Below are positions 18,142 to 28,291 of a DNA stretch of 64,000 bases, piece by piece. A program made the position numbers and the translations under genes. The DNA comes from an uncultured Chloroflexia bacterium (GTDB taxonomy: Bacteria; Chloroflexota; Limnocylindria; Limnocylindrales; CSP1-4): contig CAWHDR010000002.1 of assembly GCA_963828165.1 (NCBI GenBank), positions 1 through 64,000 on the forward strand, given 5' to 3'. The notes below the pieces were generated by a model that was given only the letters and a program-made list of their open reading frames with translations, was not told the DNA's origin and searched no databases. The stretch's first letter is position 1; every line of letters begins with the position of its first letter.

Positions 18142-20868
18142 TCAGCCGGCGAGCCGGTCGCGCAACCGTTCCACCTGCTCGGCCAGCTCCGCTTCCCGGG
18201 CGCGCGCGCCCTCGACGACGGCGGGTGGGGCCTTGCCCATGAACGACGCATTGGCCAGCCGCTCGCGGGCAGCGGCCAGCCAGCCCTCGGCCTCGGACAG
18301 CTCGCGTTCCAGCCTGGCCCGTTCCCGGGCGCTCGCCCCCTCGTCGACCGCGGCGGGCCGGATGGTCGCCTGGATATCGCCGGCGGCAGCCACGACCGTC
18401 AGGTCGCCGGGGACTCGGTTGGCATCGAGCGCTTCGGGCGTCAGCTCCCGATGCAGGGGTCGTGCGCGCGCCATCCGCTCGAGCGCCGGCCGCAACGCCT
18501 CGAAGGTCGCGCCGAGCTCCGTGGGCACGTGCACCCGGGTCTCGAGCCACTCCCCGGCGGGGAGCTTGGCCGTCGTCCGGGCGTTGCGCAGGTCGCCGAC
18601 GAGACCGATCAGGGCCGACACCTGGCGCTCGGTCGCGGTGTCCCGCTCCAGGGCGGCCGGCCAGCGGGCGACGATGAGCAGGTCGGGATCCGACGCTCGG
18701 TGCGGGATCGCCGCCCAGAGGGCCTCGGTCACGAACGGCATGACCGGGTGGAGCAGGCGCAGGTAGGTGTCGAGCGCCTCGACGAGGGCCCACCAGGTCG
18801 CCTCGCGCACGTCATCGGGCAGCGACGCGTCGGCGAGCCGGACCTTGGCGAGCTCCACGCCCCAGTCGCAGAATTCGTTCCAGATCGCGTCGTACAGGAG
18901 GCGGGTCACCTCGCCGAACGCGTAGTCCGCCATGGCAGCGTCCACGGCCGAGACCGTGGCCGACGCCCGGGACAGGATCCAGCGCTCGGCCGGCCCCACG
19001 TGTCGCGCGTCCGGCGGGCGGCGCTCCGCGTCTTCCGCGATCGAGGACGGGCGGGCCCCGGCGACGAACCGTGTCGCGTTCCACAGCTTGTTGGCGAAGT
19101 TCCGCGCGTTCTCGAGCTTGACCGTGCCGAATCGCTGGTCCTGCCCGGCCGCCGACCCGTGGATCAATGCGAAGCGAAGGGCATCGGCACCGGTCTCGTC
19201 GATCACTCCGAGGGGGTCCACGACGTTGCCTTTGGTCTTGGACATCTTCTTGCCTTCCGGGTCGCGGATCAGCCCGGACAGGTAGACCGTGTGGAAGGGC
19301 TCGGTCCCGGTGAGGTGGATGCCGAGCATCATCATGCGGGCGACCCAGAAGAAGATGATGTCGTAGCCGGTCTCCATCACCGACGTCGGGTAGTAGCGGG
19401 CGTAGTCGGGCGTCTCGTCCGGCCAGCCGAGGGTCGAGAACGGCCACAGGCCGGAGCTGAACCAGGTGTCGAAGATGTCCGGGTCCTGCTGGAGCTCGCC
19501 GGCAGGGCGCGCACACACCTCGCAGGCGGTAGGGCCGTCCGGGTCCGCGGTGACCGTGACGTGGCCATCGGGGCAGTACCACGCGGGGATCCGATGGCCC
19601 CACCACAGCTGCCGGCTCACGTTCCAATCGCGGATGTTCGTGAGCCAGTGCTCCCAGGTCTTCTCGAAACGTTCCGGCAGGATGGTGGTGCGTCCGGACC
19701 TCGTGGCGTCCAGCGCTCGGGCGGCCAGCGGTTCCGTGCGGATGAACCACTGCGTCTTGAGCCGTGGCTCCAGCACGTCGTCGCTGCGCTGGCAGCGCCC
19801 GACGATCATCTCGTGGACCCGCCTCTCGACGAGGTCGCCGCGATCCGTCAGGGCCTCCACGATCCGGCGTCGCGCCTCGTAGCGGTCGAGGCCATCGAAC
19901 TCCGTCCCCGTGTTCACCACGGTGGCGTCGTCCGCGAGGATCGTCGGGGCGGACAGGCCGTGGCGCTTTCCGGTCTCGTGATCGGCCTGGTCGTGGGCGG
20001 GCGTGATCTTGACCGCGCCCGTGCCGAACGCCCGGTCCACGACCTCGTCGGCGATGATCGGCACGTCGCGGTCGACGAACGGGATCCGCACGCGCCGGCC
20101 GACGAGCTCGCGGTAGCGCTCGTCGTCGGGATGGACGGCCACGGCTGTGTCGCCCAGGATCGTCTCGGGGCGGGTGGTGGCGACGACGACGGACCGGTCT
20201 GGAGCGGCATCGAGCTCACCGGTCGTCTCGTCCAACAGGTGGTAGCGGACGAGCCAGAGGGTCCCCGTCTCGGGCGTTGGGACCACCTCGAGGTCGCTCA
20301 CGCTCGTCCGGCAGCCCGGGCACCAGTTGACGAGCGCCTCGGTCCGGTAGGCGAGCCCGTCGCGGTAGAGGCGCTCGAACGCTACGCGCACGGACTTGGC
20401 CGAGCCCTCGTCCATCGTGTAGCGCAGCCGCCCCCAGTCCGCCGAGGCGCCGACCCGCCGTTGCTGAGCGAGCATCATGGGCCGCGTCGACTCGGAGAAG
20501 GCGACCATCCGCTCGAGGTATCGCTCGCGTCCGAGCGACTGGCGGCTCTCACCTTCCTTGGCGAGGATGGCATCGAGGACGAACTGGGCGGCAATGCTCG
20601 CGTGGTCGAGACCCGGCAGGAACAGCGCGGCATGGCCGCGCATCCGGGCGTGGCGGGTCATCAGGTCCTCGACGGTCGTCCGTTGGGCGTGCCCCAGGTG
20701 CAGAGAACCCGTCACGTTGGGCGGCGGCTGGGTGATCGTGAACGGCGGCAGCGCCGGGTCGGCGGTCGAGCCGGCACCATCGGGCGCGAACACGTCGGCG
20801 GCGAGCCAGCGCTCGTAGATCGCGCCTTCCACGTCGCGCGGGGTGTAGGCCTTGGGCAGATCCGTCAT
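18142..20868 (-). CDS. valS: Valine--tRNA ligase
   Basis: PPPNVTGSLHLGH, TTRPET, DWNVSRQLWWGH, KMSKT, C-terminal coiled-coil arm. Confidence 0.98.
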   Translation of the reverse strand: MTDLPKAYTPRDVEGAIYERWLAADVFAPDGAGSTADPALPPFTITQPPPNVTGSLHLGHAQRTTVEDLMTRHARMRGHAALFLPGLDHASIAAQFVLDAILAKEGESRQSLGRERYLERMVAFSESTRPMMLAQQRRVGASADWGRLRYTMDEGSAKSVRVAFERLYRDGLAYRTEALVNWCPGCRTSVSDLEVVPTPETGTLWLVRYHLLDETTGELDAAPDRSVVVATTRPETILGDTAVAVHPDDERYRELVGRRVRIPFVDRDVPIIADEVVDRAFGTGAVKITPAHDQADHETGKRHGLSAPTILADDATVVNTGTEFDGLDRYEARRRIVEALTDRGDLVERRVHEMIVGRCQRSDDVLEPRLKTQWFIRTEPLAARALDATRSGRTTILPERFEKTWEHWLTNIRDWNVSRQLWWGHRIPAWYCPDGHVTVTADPDGPTACEVCARPAGELQQDPDIFDTWFSSGLWPFSTLGWPDETPDYARYYPTSVMETGYDIIFFWVARMMMLGIHLTGTEPFHTVYLSGLIRDPEGKKMSKTKGNVVDPLGVIDETGADALRFALIHGSAAGQDQRFGTVKLENARNFANKLWNATRFVAGARPSSIAEDAERRPPDARHVGPAERWILSRASATVSAVDAAMADYAFGEVTRLLYDAIWNEFCDWGVELAKVRLADASLPDDVREATWWALVEALDTYLRLLHPVMPFVTEALWAAIPHRASDPDLLIVARWPAALERDTATERQVSALIGLVGDLRNARTTAKLPAGEWLETRVHVPTELGATFEALRPALERMARARPLHRELTPEALDANRVPGDLTVVAAAGDIQATIRPAAVDEGASARERARLERELSEAEGWLAAARERLANASFMGKAPPAVVEGARAREAELAEQVERLRDRLAG

Positions 20869-20883
20869 CGCTTCGAGGCTCCG

Positions 20884-21124
20884 AAAAACAAGAAGCCCGC
20901 TCGTCCAGCGGACGAACGGGTCGTGGTACCACCTGCTGGTTCGGTGTCGGTCCCGTGGCGGTCATCCCGCCCGGGCTGGCTCCGGCACCCTCTCGACGCG
21001 CTATCGGGCGTCATGCGCACGGCTCGCGAGCGACGTTCACGCCGGTGGATCCGCGCGGCTCGCACCATCCCGCGCTCGCTTCGGGCCGTCCCGACGCTAC
21101 TCTTCTGCGGTCATCGCCGTGAAG
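20884..21124 (-). promoter_or_regulatory. T-box riboswitch (Val) with intrinsic terminator
   Basis: Minus strand: GCGATGA..AGAGTAG..AGCGAG..GGATGGTGCGAG stem I motifs, GAAC-GTC candidate Val specifier (21032-21034), T-box AGCAGGTGGTACCACG (20922-20937), hairpin 20896-20920 plus U-rich tract, TACACT -10 at 21131-21136. Confidence 0.9.
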
Positions 21125-24075
21125 GCGGGGAGTGTAGCACGGGCGTAGGCTCGCTCCGCGACGCCGTGCGAGTCGACGCCCAGACCGCGATCTCCGCTCG
21201 CCGGCCCATGCCGAGCTTCGCGAGGATGTGTTCGACGTGCGACGCGACCGTCTTGCGGGTGATCGTCAGCTCCGCGGCGATCTCGACGTTGGTGGCGCCA
21301 TCGGCGATGAGGCGCGCCACCTCGAACTCCCGGCTCGTCAGCGGGGCCCATGGCTCAGGCTGCGCCCCACGACCGGCCACGCGCAGGACATCGTCGGCCG
21401 CGGCAACGATCGCCATGGCCCCGAATCGCGCGGCGATCTCGCGCGCTTCGGCCGCCCGTCGCGCCGCATCGGCGCGCTGGTTGGACCGCAGATGCGCACG
21501 GGCCAGGTCGGCCAACGCCCACGTGCCCTCCCAGGATCGTCGGCGCGCGGCCCAGCCCTCGACTGCCGCCGTGAGCGACAACCGCGCCCGGCCGGTCGCG
21601 CCTTCGGACGTGGCCAACAGGCCCTCGGCGTGGGCGATGGCTGGCGCGGTCCCGGGGATCGCCCGCGCCCGGATGGGCTCAGCGACCGCATCGAACCAGC
21701 GACTGGCGGCACGTGGGTCGTTCAGGGCCAGGTACGCCCGGGCGCCAGTGACGAGGAACGGGTAGAGGTACGCCGCGTCGTCGACCGCCGCGGACGCGAC
21801 GCGCGCTTCCTCCGCAAGGTCGGCGGCCGTCGCGGCGTCGCCGCGCGCCAAAGCCACCTCGGCCAGGCCCCACAACGCCGGCGACAGGCGCTGGAGCTCC
21901 CGCATCCGCGATCCCAGCTCACGCGCCTCTTCGAGTGCGGCCGTCGCGGCCAAGAGCTCACCACGCCCCAACGCCACATAGCCGAGTACGTGGAGGGCGG
22001 TGACGCGCGTGGTGATCCCGCCGCGCCCGTCGGCGAGCGCTCGTCTTGCGATCTCGTCCGCATCGGCCCAGCGGCCCACCGCCCAGAGCACGTGCGCCAG
22101 GTGCGCGGCCATGTAATGGCGATGGTTCCAGAGCTCGTGCCGTTCGGCCTCCTCGATCCCTTCGCCGAGCCATCGATCCGCCCGGTCGTACTCGACGAGC
22201 ACCGATGCGCACGAGCCGATCATCCGATAGGCGCGGGCCGCCGGACCGTCGAGGCCGTCGGCTCGCGCCCCGGTCACGGCCGCCTCGAGCAGGGACCAGC
22301 CTTCGTCCATCCGGCCGGCGAAGACGTAACACGACCCCGATGGTCGCGGCGGCGTCGTGTTCCGTGGCGCGGTCGCCGATGATCTCGGCCCCACGCCGCG
22401 CCTCGATCCCGTACTCCACCGCCTGATCGAGCCGCCGATCCAGCATGTAGGCGGCTGACAGTGCGCTGAGGAGCCGGGCGCGGACCCGGTCCGCCGCGGG
22501 ATCAGACGACGGCCCGTGGAGCGCCGGGGCCGCCGTGATCTCCTCGAGGGCGCCGCGCAACCGATCGGCCCGCGCTTCCAGGCCGTCCCCGAGCAGGTGG
22601 CGGGCCGCGACGAGCGGACCGACCACGGCTGCGGCAGCCAATAGCTCGCCGGCTGCCAGGTAGGCCTCGCGGGCGCGGTCGAAAGCCTCGCTCGCGGCCT
22701 CATTGTCGTCGGTGGCTGCCGCGCTCGAGCCATAGGCCTCCAGGATGCGCGCCCGGGTCGCCGGGTCCTGATCCGTGGGTGCGGTCCGAAGGGCGCAGGC
22801 ATAGAGCTCGCGCGCCTCCGCGTGGGATGACAGCGCCGACGCGGCATCCGCCGCCGCGAGAGCCGCCCCGAACGCTTCGTCGCGCCGGCCGGCCCGTTCA
22901 TAGTGGAGTGCCAGGAAGGCATCTGCCCCGACGTCGCTTCGACCGTTGGCCGCCTCAGCGATGCGCGAATGGAGCCGACGCCGCTCGGGTTCCGGGATGT
23001 CGGCGTAGATCGCGTCGCAGATCAGTCCGTGCCGGAACCCGTACCGCCCCGGAGCGTGGGCCGGCAGCAGGATGAAGTGGTCGGCCAGCTCCGCGAGCGG
23101 CGCTGACAGGTCGTCCGGCGCCTGGCCGGTCACGCTGGCGAGTAGCTCGAGATCGAACGACCGTCCGATGACGGCACCCGCCCGTGCCACGCTGGCCGCG
23201 GCCTCCGTCCGGCGGGCAAGCCTGGCGAGCACGGCGTCCTCGACCGTCTCGGGCACGTCGGCGTGGCGGACCTCGTCGGCCACCAGGGTCGAGGACCCCG
23301 CGAGGACGGCAAGGAGCTCCTCGACGTGGAGGGGGATGCCGTCCGTTCGCTCGTGGATCGCCTCGGCGACATCACGCGCCGGCGGCAGGTCGGAGCCCGT
23401 GAGCAACGTCGTCATCGTCGTCGTGTCCGCCGCGGTCAGTCGGTCCAGGCGGACCTCCTCGGCCTGCCGTCGGGCGAGCAGGCGGGAGCGCCACTCCCGC
23501 ATCGGGGCTCGCGGGAAGAGTTCGTCGCTCCGGTACGTCCCGATGACCAGCAGGCGTTCGTCGGGGACGCGGCGGGCCAGCGCCTCGAGGACCTCGAGCG
23601 TCAGGTCGTCGCTCCAGTGCAGGTCCTCCAGCGCCAGGACGGTCGGACCGCCGGCGGCCAGGCCGGCCAGGATCTCGGCGACGTCCAGGACGAGGAGGCG
23701 GCGGCGGCGCTGAGGATCGCCGGCGCCGGCTCGCTCCTCCTGGGCGCCAGCGTCCTCCAGGCGTCTGCCGAGCCGGGTCCCGATGTCGGCCAGCGCGGGC
23801 TGCCGCTGCATGGCGCGCGCGACATCGATGAGGATCGCGGCCGGGATTTGGATATCGCTCGGATACGCGCCGCCGCGGACCGTGCGGAGGCCGGCGGTCT
23901 CCGCGCGCCGCTCCATCGCGCCCAGGAGCCGGGTCTTGCCGACCCCGGCTTCTCCGGACAGCAGGAGGAAGCGCCCCCCGCCGGCCGCGACCTCGGCGAT
24001 CCGGCGATCCGCCAGCGCCAGGAGGTCATCACGGCCGACGAGCACCGGGCAGACAAGCGGTCGTCGGTCGTACAC
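21111..24075 (-). CDS. Large ATP-binding LuxR-family regulator (AAA ATPase, TPR-like region, LuxR HTH); one extra base near 22336
   Basis: LVGR, GEAGVGKT, LEDLHWSD, TDGIPL, FRHGL; C-terminal LTSREFEVARL..TNVEIA..TVASHVEHILAKLG. GTG at 24075 is 6 nt after TACACT. Confidence 0.9.
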
Positions 24076-24105
24076 GCCGAAAGTGTAGGTGACGGTCACG
24101 CGACC

Positions 24106-24127
24106 TCATCGGTCACATGACCGATGA
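24106..24127. promoter_or_regulatory. Perfect palindrome, candidate operator of the adjacent LuxR regulator
   Basis: TCATCGGTCA-CA-TGACCGATGA between divergent genes. Confidence 0.7.
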
Positions 24128-24196
24128 CGCTCCCCTGTTCGGGCCCCAGGTTTGCCGCAGTCCACGGCATGGACAGCACGACAGGAGGAAAACGAG

Positions 24197-24448
24197 ATGG
24201 CGAGATTCATGGACGTCCATTCGGGGTTCGTCGGCGTGACGGGCCCGCAGCTCCGCGAGGCGCACGAGCGCGACCTCGCGATCGAGCAGGACGAAGGCGT
24301 GCACTTCGAGCGCGCGTGGCTCGATCCCGAGAGCGGCAAGGTCTTCTGCCTCTCCCACGGTCCATCCAAGGAAGCCGTGATGCGCATCCACGAGCGAGCG
24401 GGTCACCCGACCGCCGAGGTCTACGCGATCACCGTGGAGGTGGAGTGA
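24197..24448 (+). CDS. DUF4242/SCO4226-like small metal-binding protein
   Basis: AGGAGG RBS; FMDVH, AHERDL, GKVFCL, IHERAGH motifs. Confidence 0.85.
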   Translation: MARFMDVHSGFVGVTGPQLREAHERDLAIEQDEGVHFERAWLDPESGKVFCLSHGPSKEAVMRIHERAGHPTAEVYAITVEVE

Positions 24449-24975
24449 TGCGTCGGTTGCTCATCGGGTCCATCGTGGTCGGCGCCCTGGTCATGACGGC
24501 GCTGGCCGGTGCCGTGGGCGCGTCGGCGCGTGCGGATGAGCTCGCGGCCGTTCGGTCGGCCACGGCTCGCTTCCATGATTTCGATAAGGCCGAGGCCGCT
24601 GGCTACGGCCTGTTCTACGTCTGCACCGATGAAGCCGGCCTCGGAGCCATGGGGCAGCACTACGTCAACGGCGGCCTCGTCGGGGATGCGGTCCTCGACC
24701 CCCGCGCGCCAGAGGCGATCATGTACGAGCCCACACCGGGCGGCGGCCAGCGGCTGGTGGGCGTCGAGTGGGTCGTGTTCCAGCAGGCATGGGTGGACGC
24801 CGGCAACACGGGCACGCCGTCGCTGTTCGGACGTTCGCTGAAGCTGGTCCCGTCCCCGAACCGCTACGGGATCCCGGCCTTCTACCAGCTCCACGCCTGG
24901 ATCTGGAAGCCGAACCCCACCGGCGCGTACCAGGACTGGAACCCGCGCGTCTCGTGCCGCGGCAACGGGGACTGA
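24448..24975 (+). CDS. Secreted hypothetical protein
   Basis: Signal peptide MRRLLIG..ARA; MGQHY, PEAIMYE, LVGVEW, LHAWIW, WNPRVSC. Start overlaps the upstream stop. Confidence 0.8.
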   Translation: MRRLLIGSIVVGALVMTALAGAVGASARADELAAVRSATARFHDFDKAEAAGYGLFYVCTDEAGLGAMGQHYVNGGLVGDAVLDPRAPEAIMYEPTPGGGQRLVGVEWVVFQQAWVDAGNTGTPSLFGRSLKLVPSPNRYGIPAFYQLHAWIWKPNPTGAYQDWNPRVSCRGNGD

Positions 24976-25041
24976 CGCCCGGCTGACACTCGCGTCATAG
25001 CGCGGTGCCGATCGACTGCCGGGCGGCGCCGCTACCTTTCC

Positions 25042-25789
25042 TTAGCGTCGGCGCCATGCGAACAATCGCGTGGCGCCGACATCGCACCACACAAGGCCGG
25101 GCTCGGACGGCGGGGCCGATCCTGTCATGAGTGCAGCGACCCACCCTCGCGACGACCCAGGAAATCGGCTGCCAAATGCCTCCGGATATCTCGCGACCAG
25201 TGCACGATTCCTCGCCGTCGCGCGCACGACCCAGACAAGTCCGGTCGAGCTGTCGCTGCCCCACCGCGCGATCGCGAGATCCTCGAGCTCCGCGCCCTTT
25301 CGGGCGCTGGATCGTGCGGCCGATCCGACATCCCCGATGGTGTTCCAGCATTCGACCTGGATCAACCGACGTAACGTCGCGGAAGCGAGGCCCACATCCA
25401 CGGAGCGCCACGGCTCCGCCGGGCGTGTCGGCAGTTCGAACGTCCCCGTGTAGCCCGCCAGGCGCCCGAGCCGCAGGACGAGTTCCTGGATCGCGAGATG
25501 GCCGGCGTCCGCCGTCGCCTCCAAGGGGTCCTTTCCGCCAAACGACACGATAAGCGGTCGATCGAGGGCAAGGGCGATCCGCTGCAGCGCATCGAGGTCG
25601 GGGTTTCCGATTCCCCGCTCGAATTCGACTCTCGACCATACGGCCGAGGCCGGCTCGCATGGCCAATTCGATCCGTGTCCAGCCGCGACGCTCGCGCATC
25701 GACTTGATCTCGGAACCGATGCGGGCCTGGAGATCGCGGTTCCGGCGATGGAGATCGATCGCGCGCTGGGGTCGTCTGACGCCGGGCAT
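25042..25789 (-). CDS. XRE-type HTH fused to a restriction-endonuclease-like C-terminal domain; one extra base near 25622
   Basis: IKSMRERRGWTRIELAMRAGL..SRI|ERG..NPDLDALQRIALAL HTH, then FE..SVDV..IQVECWN, a PD-(D/E)xK-like core. Confidence 0.7.
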
Positions 25790-25796
25790 GATCGTG

Positions 25797-25984
25797 CCAT
25801 GTTCATTCTTGGCACTTCACTGGCCGTTAGCCGCGGTGCGCAGCCTCATTCAAGCCGAACAACGAGGCCTAACGGGGCATCGCAGGCCACGGCATGTGCG
25901 TACCTGCGTGTACGGGTCCGTCGGTTCCGGCGCGATGACACCTTCGGCCCACAGATATGCTGGAAATGATCACGTGGCGTGCAT
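25797..25984. repeat. ~190-bp element with imperfect inverted-repeat ends (copy A)
   Basis: Ends CCATGTTCATT and AATGATCACGTGGCGTGCAT; both ends are shared with the element at 61982-62176. Confidence 0.55.
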
Positions 25985-26123
25985 CAAGGCCAAGTAGGGT
26001 CGTAGAGAGGCCCGGCCTCGCACGTGCGTTTCGTGGAGGACGACTCCGCGCTCGGGCACGTGCCCGAGCGCCCCTCGGTTCAGCCGAGTCCCCGGCAACT
26101 ACCGCGGTCGGCGCCTGCCTTCC

Positions 26124-27434
26124 CTACGCGCTCTCGGCGCGTTCGGCGAGCCACTCCTCGTAATTCGTCTCATCGACGCCGTCGTCGACGTCCGTCTTGG
26201 TGAGCAGCAGCGGGAGCCGGCCCTCGCGGATGGTCTCCTCGGTGATGATGCATTTGCGGATGTCCGTGCGCTCCGGGATGTCGTACATCACCTCGAGGAG
26301 CGACTCCTCCACGATCGAGCGCAGGGCTCGAGCCCCGGTCTTGCGATCCAGGGCCACCTCGGCGGCCGCCTTGAGCGCACCAGGTGTGAACGCCAGCTCG
26401 ACCTTGTCGAGCGAGAGGAACTTCTGGAACTGCCGCGTGACGGCGTTCTTCGGCTCGGTGAGCACCCGGACGAGGTCCTCGGCGCTCAGGGCCGTGAGCG
26501 TGACCATCACGGGCAACCGCCCGATGAACTCGGGGATGAGCCCGAACTTGAGCAGGTCCTCGGGCATGAGCTTCTCGAGCACCTTGCCCCGCTCGACCGC
26601 GCCCATCGGCGTCTCCGACCCGAAGCCGATGGCCCGCTTGCCCACCCGCTCCTCGACGATCTTCTCGAGGCCGTCGAAGGCGCCGCCGCAGATGAACAGC
26701 ACGTTCGTCGTGTCGATCTGGATGAAGTCCTGGTGCGGATGCTTGCGACCGCCCTGCGGCGGGACGTTGGCGACGGTGCCCTCGAGGATCTTGAGCAGGG
26801 CCTGCTGCACGCCCTCCCCGGAGACGTCGCGGGTGATGGACGGGTTGTCCGCCTTGCGCGCGATCTTGTCGATCTCGTCGATATAGATGATCCCGCGCTG
26901 GGCCCGGGCGACATCGAAGTCCGCCGCCTGGATCAGCCGCAGCAGGATGTTCTCGACGTCCTCGCCGACGTAGCCTGCCTCCGTCAGCGACGTGGCGTCC
27001 GCGATACAGAAGGGCACGTCCAACACCCTGGCCAGCGTCTGCGCGAGCAGCGTCTTGCCGGAACCGGTCGGTCCGACCAGCAGGACGTTCGACTTCTGGA
27101 GCTCGACGTCATCGACCTGGTGGCCGGCATTCACCCGCTTGTAGTGGTTGTAGACGGCCACCGACAGGACCTTCTTGGCCCGGTCCTGGCTGATGACGTA
27201 CGAATCGAGCGCGTCCTTGATCTGGTGCGGGTTGGGGAGCTTCGAAGCCGCCTGCTTGGGGCGCGGCGTCTCGAGCATCTCCTCCTCGATGATCTCCTGG
27301 CACAGGTTGATGCACTCATCGCAGATGTAGACGCCCTGCCCCGCGATGAGCTTGCGAACCTGTTCCTGGCTCTTGCCGCAGAAGGAACAGCGGTAGGGGA
27401 CCTTGGGTCCCTTGCTGCTGCTGGTGGAGGTCAC
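26124..27434 (-). CDS. clpX: ATP-dependent Clp protease ATP-binding subunit
   Basis: CSFC..ICDEC zinc domain, [25 protein letters not shown] loop. Confidence 0.98.
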   Translation of the reverse strand: MTSTSSSKGPKVPYRCSFCGKSQEQVRKLIAGQGVYICDECINLCQEIIEEEMLETPRPKQAASKLPNPHQIKDALDSYVISQDRAKKVLSVAVYNHYKRVNAGHQVDDVELQKSNVLLVGPTGSGKTLLAQTLARVLDVPFCIADATSLTEAGYVGEDVENILLRLIQAADFDVARAQRGIIYIDEIDKIARKADNPSITRDVSGEGVQQALLKILEGTVANVPPQGGRKHPHQDFIQIDTTNVLFICGGAFDGLEKIVEERVGKRAIGFGSETPMGAVERGKVLEKLMPEDLLKFGLIPEFIGRLPVMVTLTALSAEDLVRVLTEPKNAVTRQFQKFLSLDKVELAFTPGALKAAAEVALDRKTGARALRSIVEESLLEVMYDIPERTDIRKCIITEETIREGRLPLLLTKTDVDDGVDETNYEEWLAERAESA

Positions 27435-27459
27435 GTGCCGGCCTGGCTCCCTTGCCTGT

Positions 27460-28146
27460 CTATTCGCCCTTCGTCGAGCGCTTCGTCTCGGGTGCCGGAG
27501 CTTCCACGGGTTCTTCCGCAGCCTCTTCGGCAGCCTTCTCGTCGTGGTGCTGCGCAGTCAGTGAATCCCACTGCTCCGAGTACACCGCGTCGATGATGCC
27601 ATAGTCCTTGGCCGCTTCGGGAGACATGAAGAAGTCCCGGTCCGTATCCTTTCGGACCTTCTCGAGGGGCTGGCCCGTGTGGCGCGACAGGATCTCGTTG
27701 TTGCGCTCGACGAGGAATTCCCACTCCTTCATCTGGATCAGCGCGTCCGGGGCATTGCCACGGAAGCCACCCGAGCCTTGGTGGATCATGACCCGCGCGT
27801 TCGGCAGCGCGTAGCGCTTGCCCTTGCGGCCGGCGGCCAGCAGCACGGCCGCCATCGACGCCGCCATGCCGATGCAGATCGTGCTGACCGGGGCCCGCAG
27901 GTACTGCATGGTGTCGTAGATGGCGAGCCCCGAATTCACGACCCCACCGGGCGAGTTGATGTAGAGGCTGATGTCCTTCTCAGGGTCCTCCGAGTCGAGG
28001 AACAGGAGCTGCGCGATGACGAGATTGGCGAGGTGGTCCTCGATCGCATCGCCGAGGAAGACGATGCGTTCGCGCAGCAGCCGCGAGTAGATGTCGTAGG
28101 CGCGTTCTCCGCGGCTGGAGGTTTCGATGACCATGGGGACGAGCAT
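27460..28146 (-). CDS. clpP: ATP-dependent Clp protease proteolytic subunit
   Basis: [25 protein letters not shown]. Confidence 0.98.
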   Translation of the reverse strand: MLVPMVIETSSRGERAYDIYSRLLRERIVFLGDAIEDHLANLVIAQLLFLDSEDPEKDISLYINSPGGVVNSGLAIYDTMQYLRAPVSTICIGMAASMAAVLLAAGRKGKRYALPNARVMIHQGSGGFRGNAPDALIQMKEWEFLVERNNEILSRHTGQPLEKVRKDTDRDFFMSPEAAKDYGIIDAVYSEQWDSLTAQHHDEKAAEEAAEEPVEAPAPETKRSTKGE

Positions 28147-28291
28147 TCGGGATCTCCTGGGCGAACCGTTTTCTTGTGTCTGGGTGGGTCCGTGTCAGCC
28201 GGCCCTGGCCGGCACGTCTGTGGGTTGATCGGTGGCGGCAGGTTCGGCGTCGGTCGACCCGGCATCGGATGACTCGGCATCCTGCCCATGG

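Noticed and set aside
18451-21765. 1104-aa plus-strand ORF
   Set aside because: Antisense shadow of valS and luxR in high-GC DNA; no motifs.
22330-22345. Programmed frameshifting or phase variation at this and the other breaks
   Set aside because: Runs are only 2-4 nt, no slippery heptamers, and the same +1 pattern hits unrelated genes, so sequencing error is simpler.
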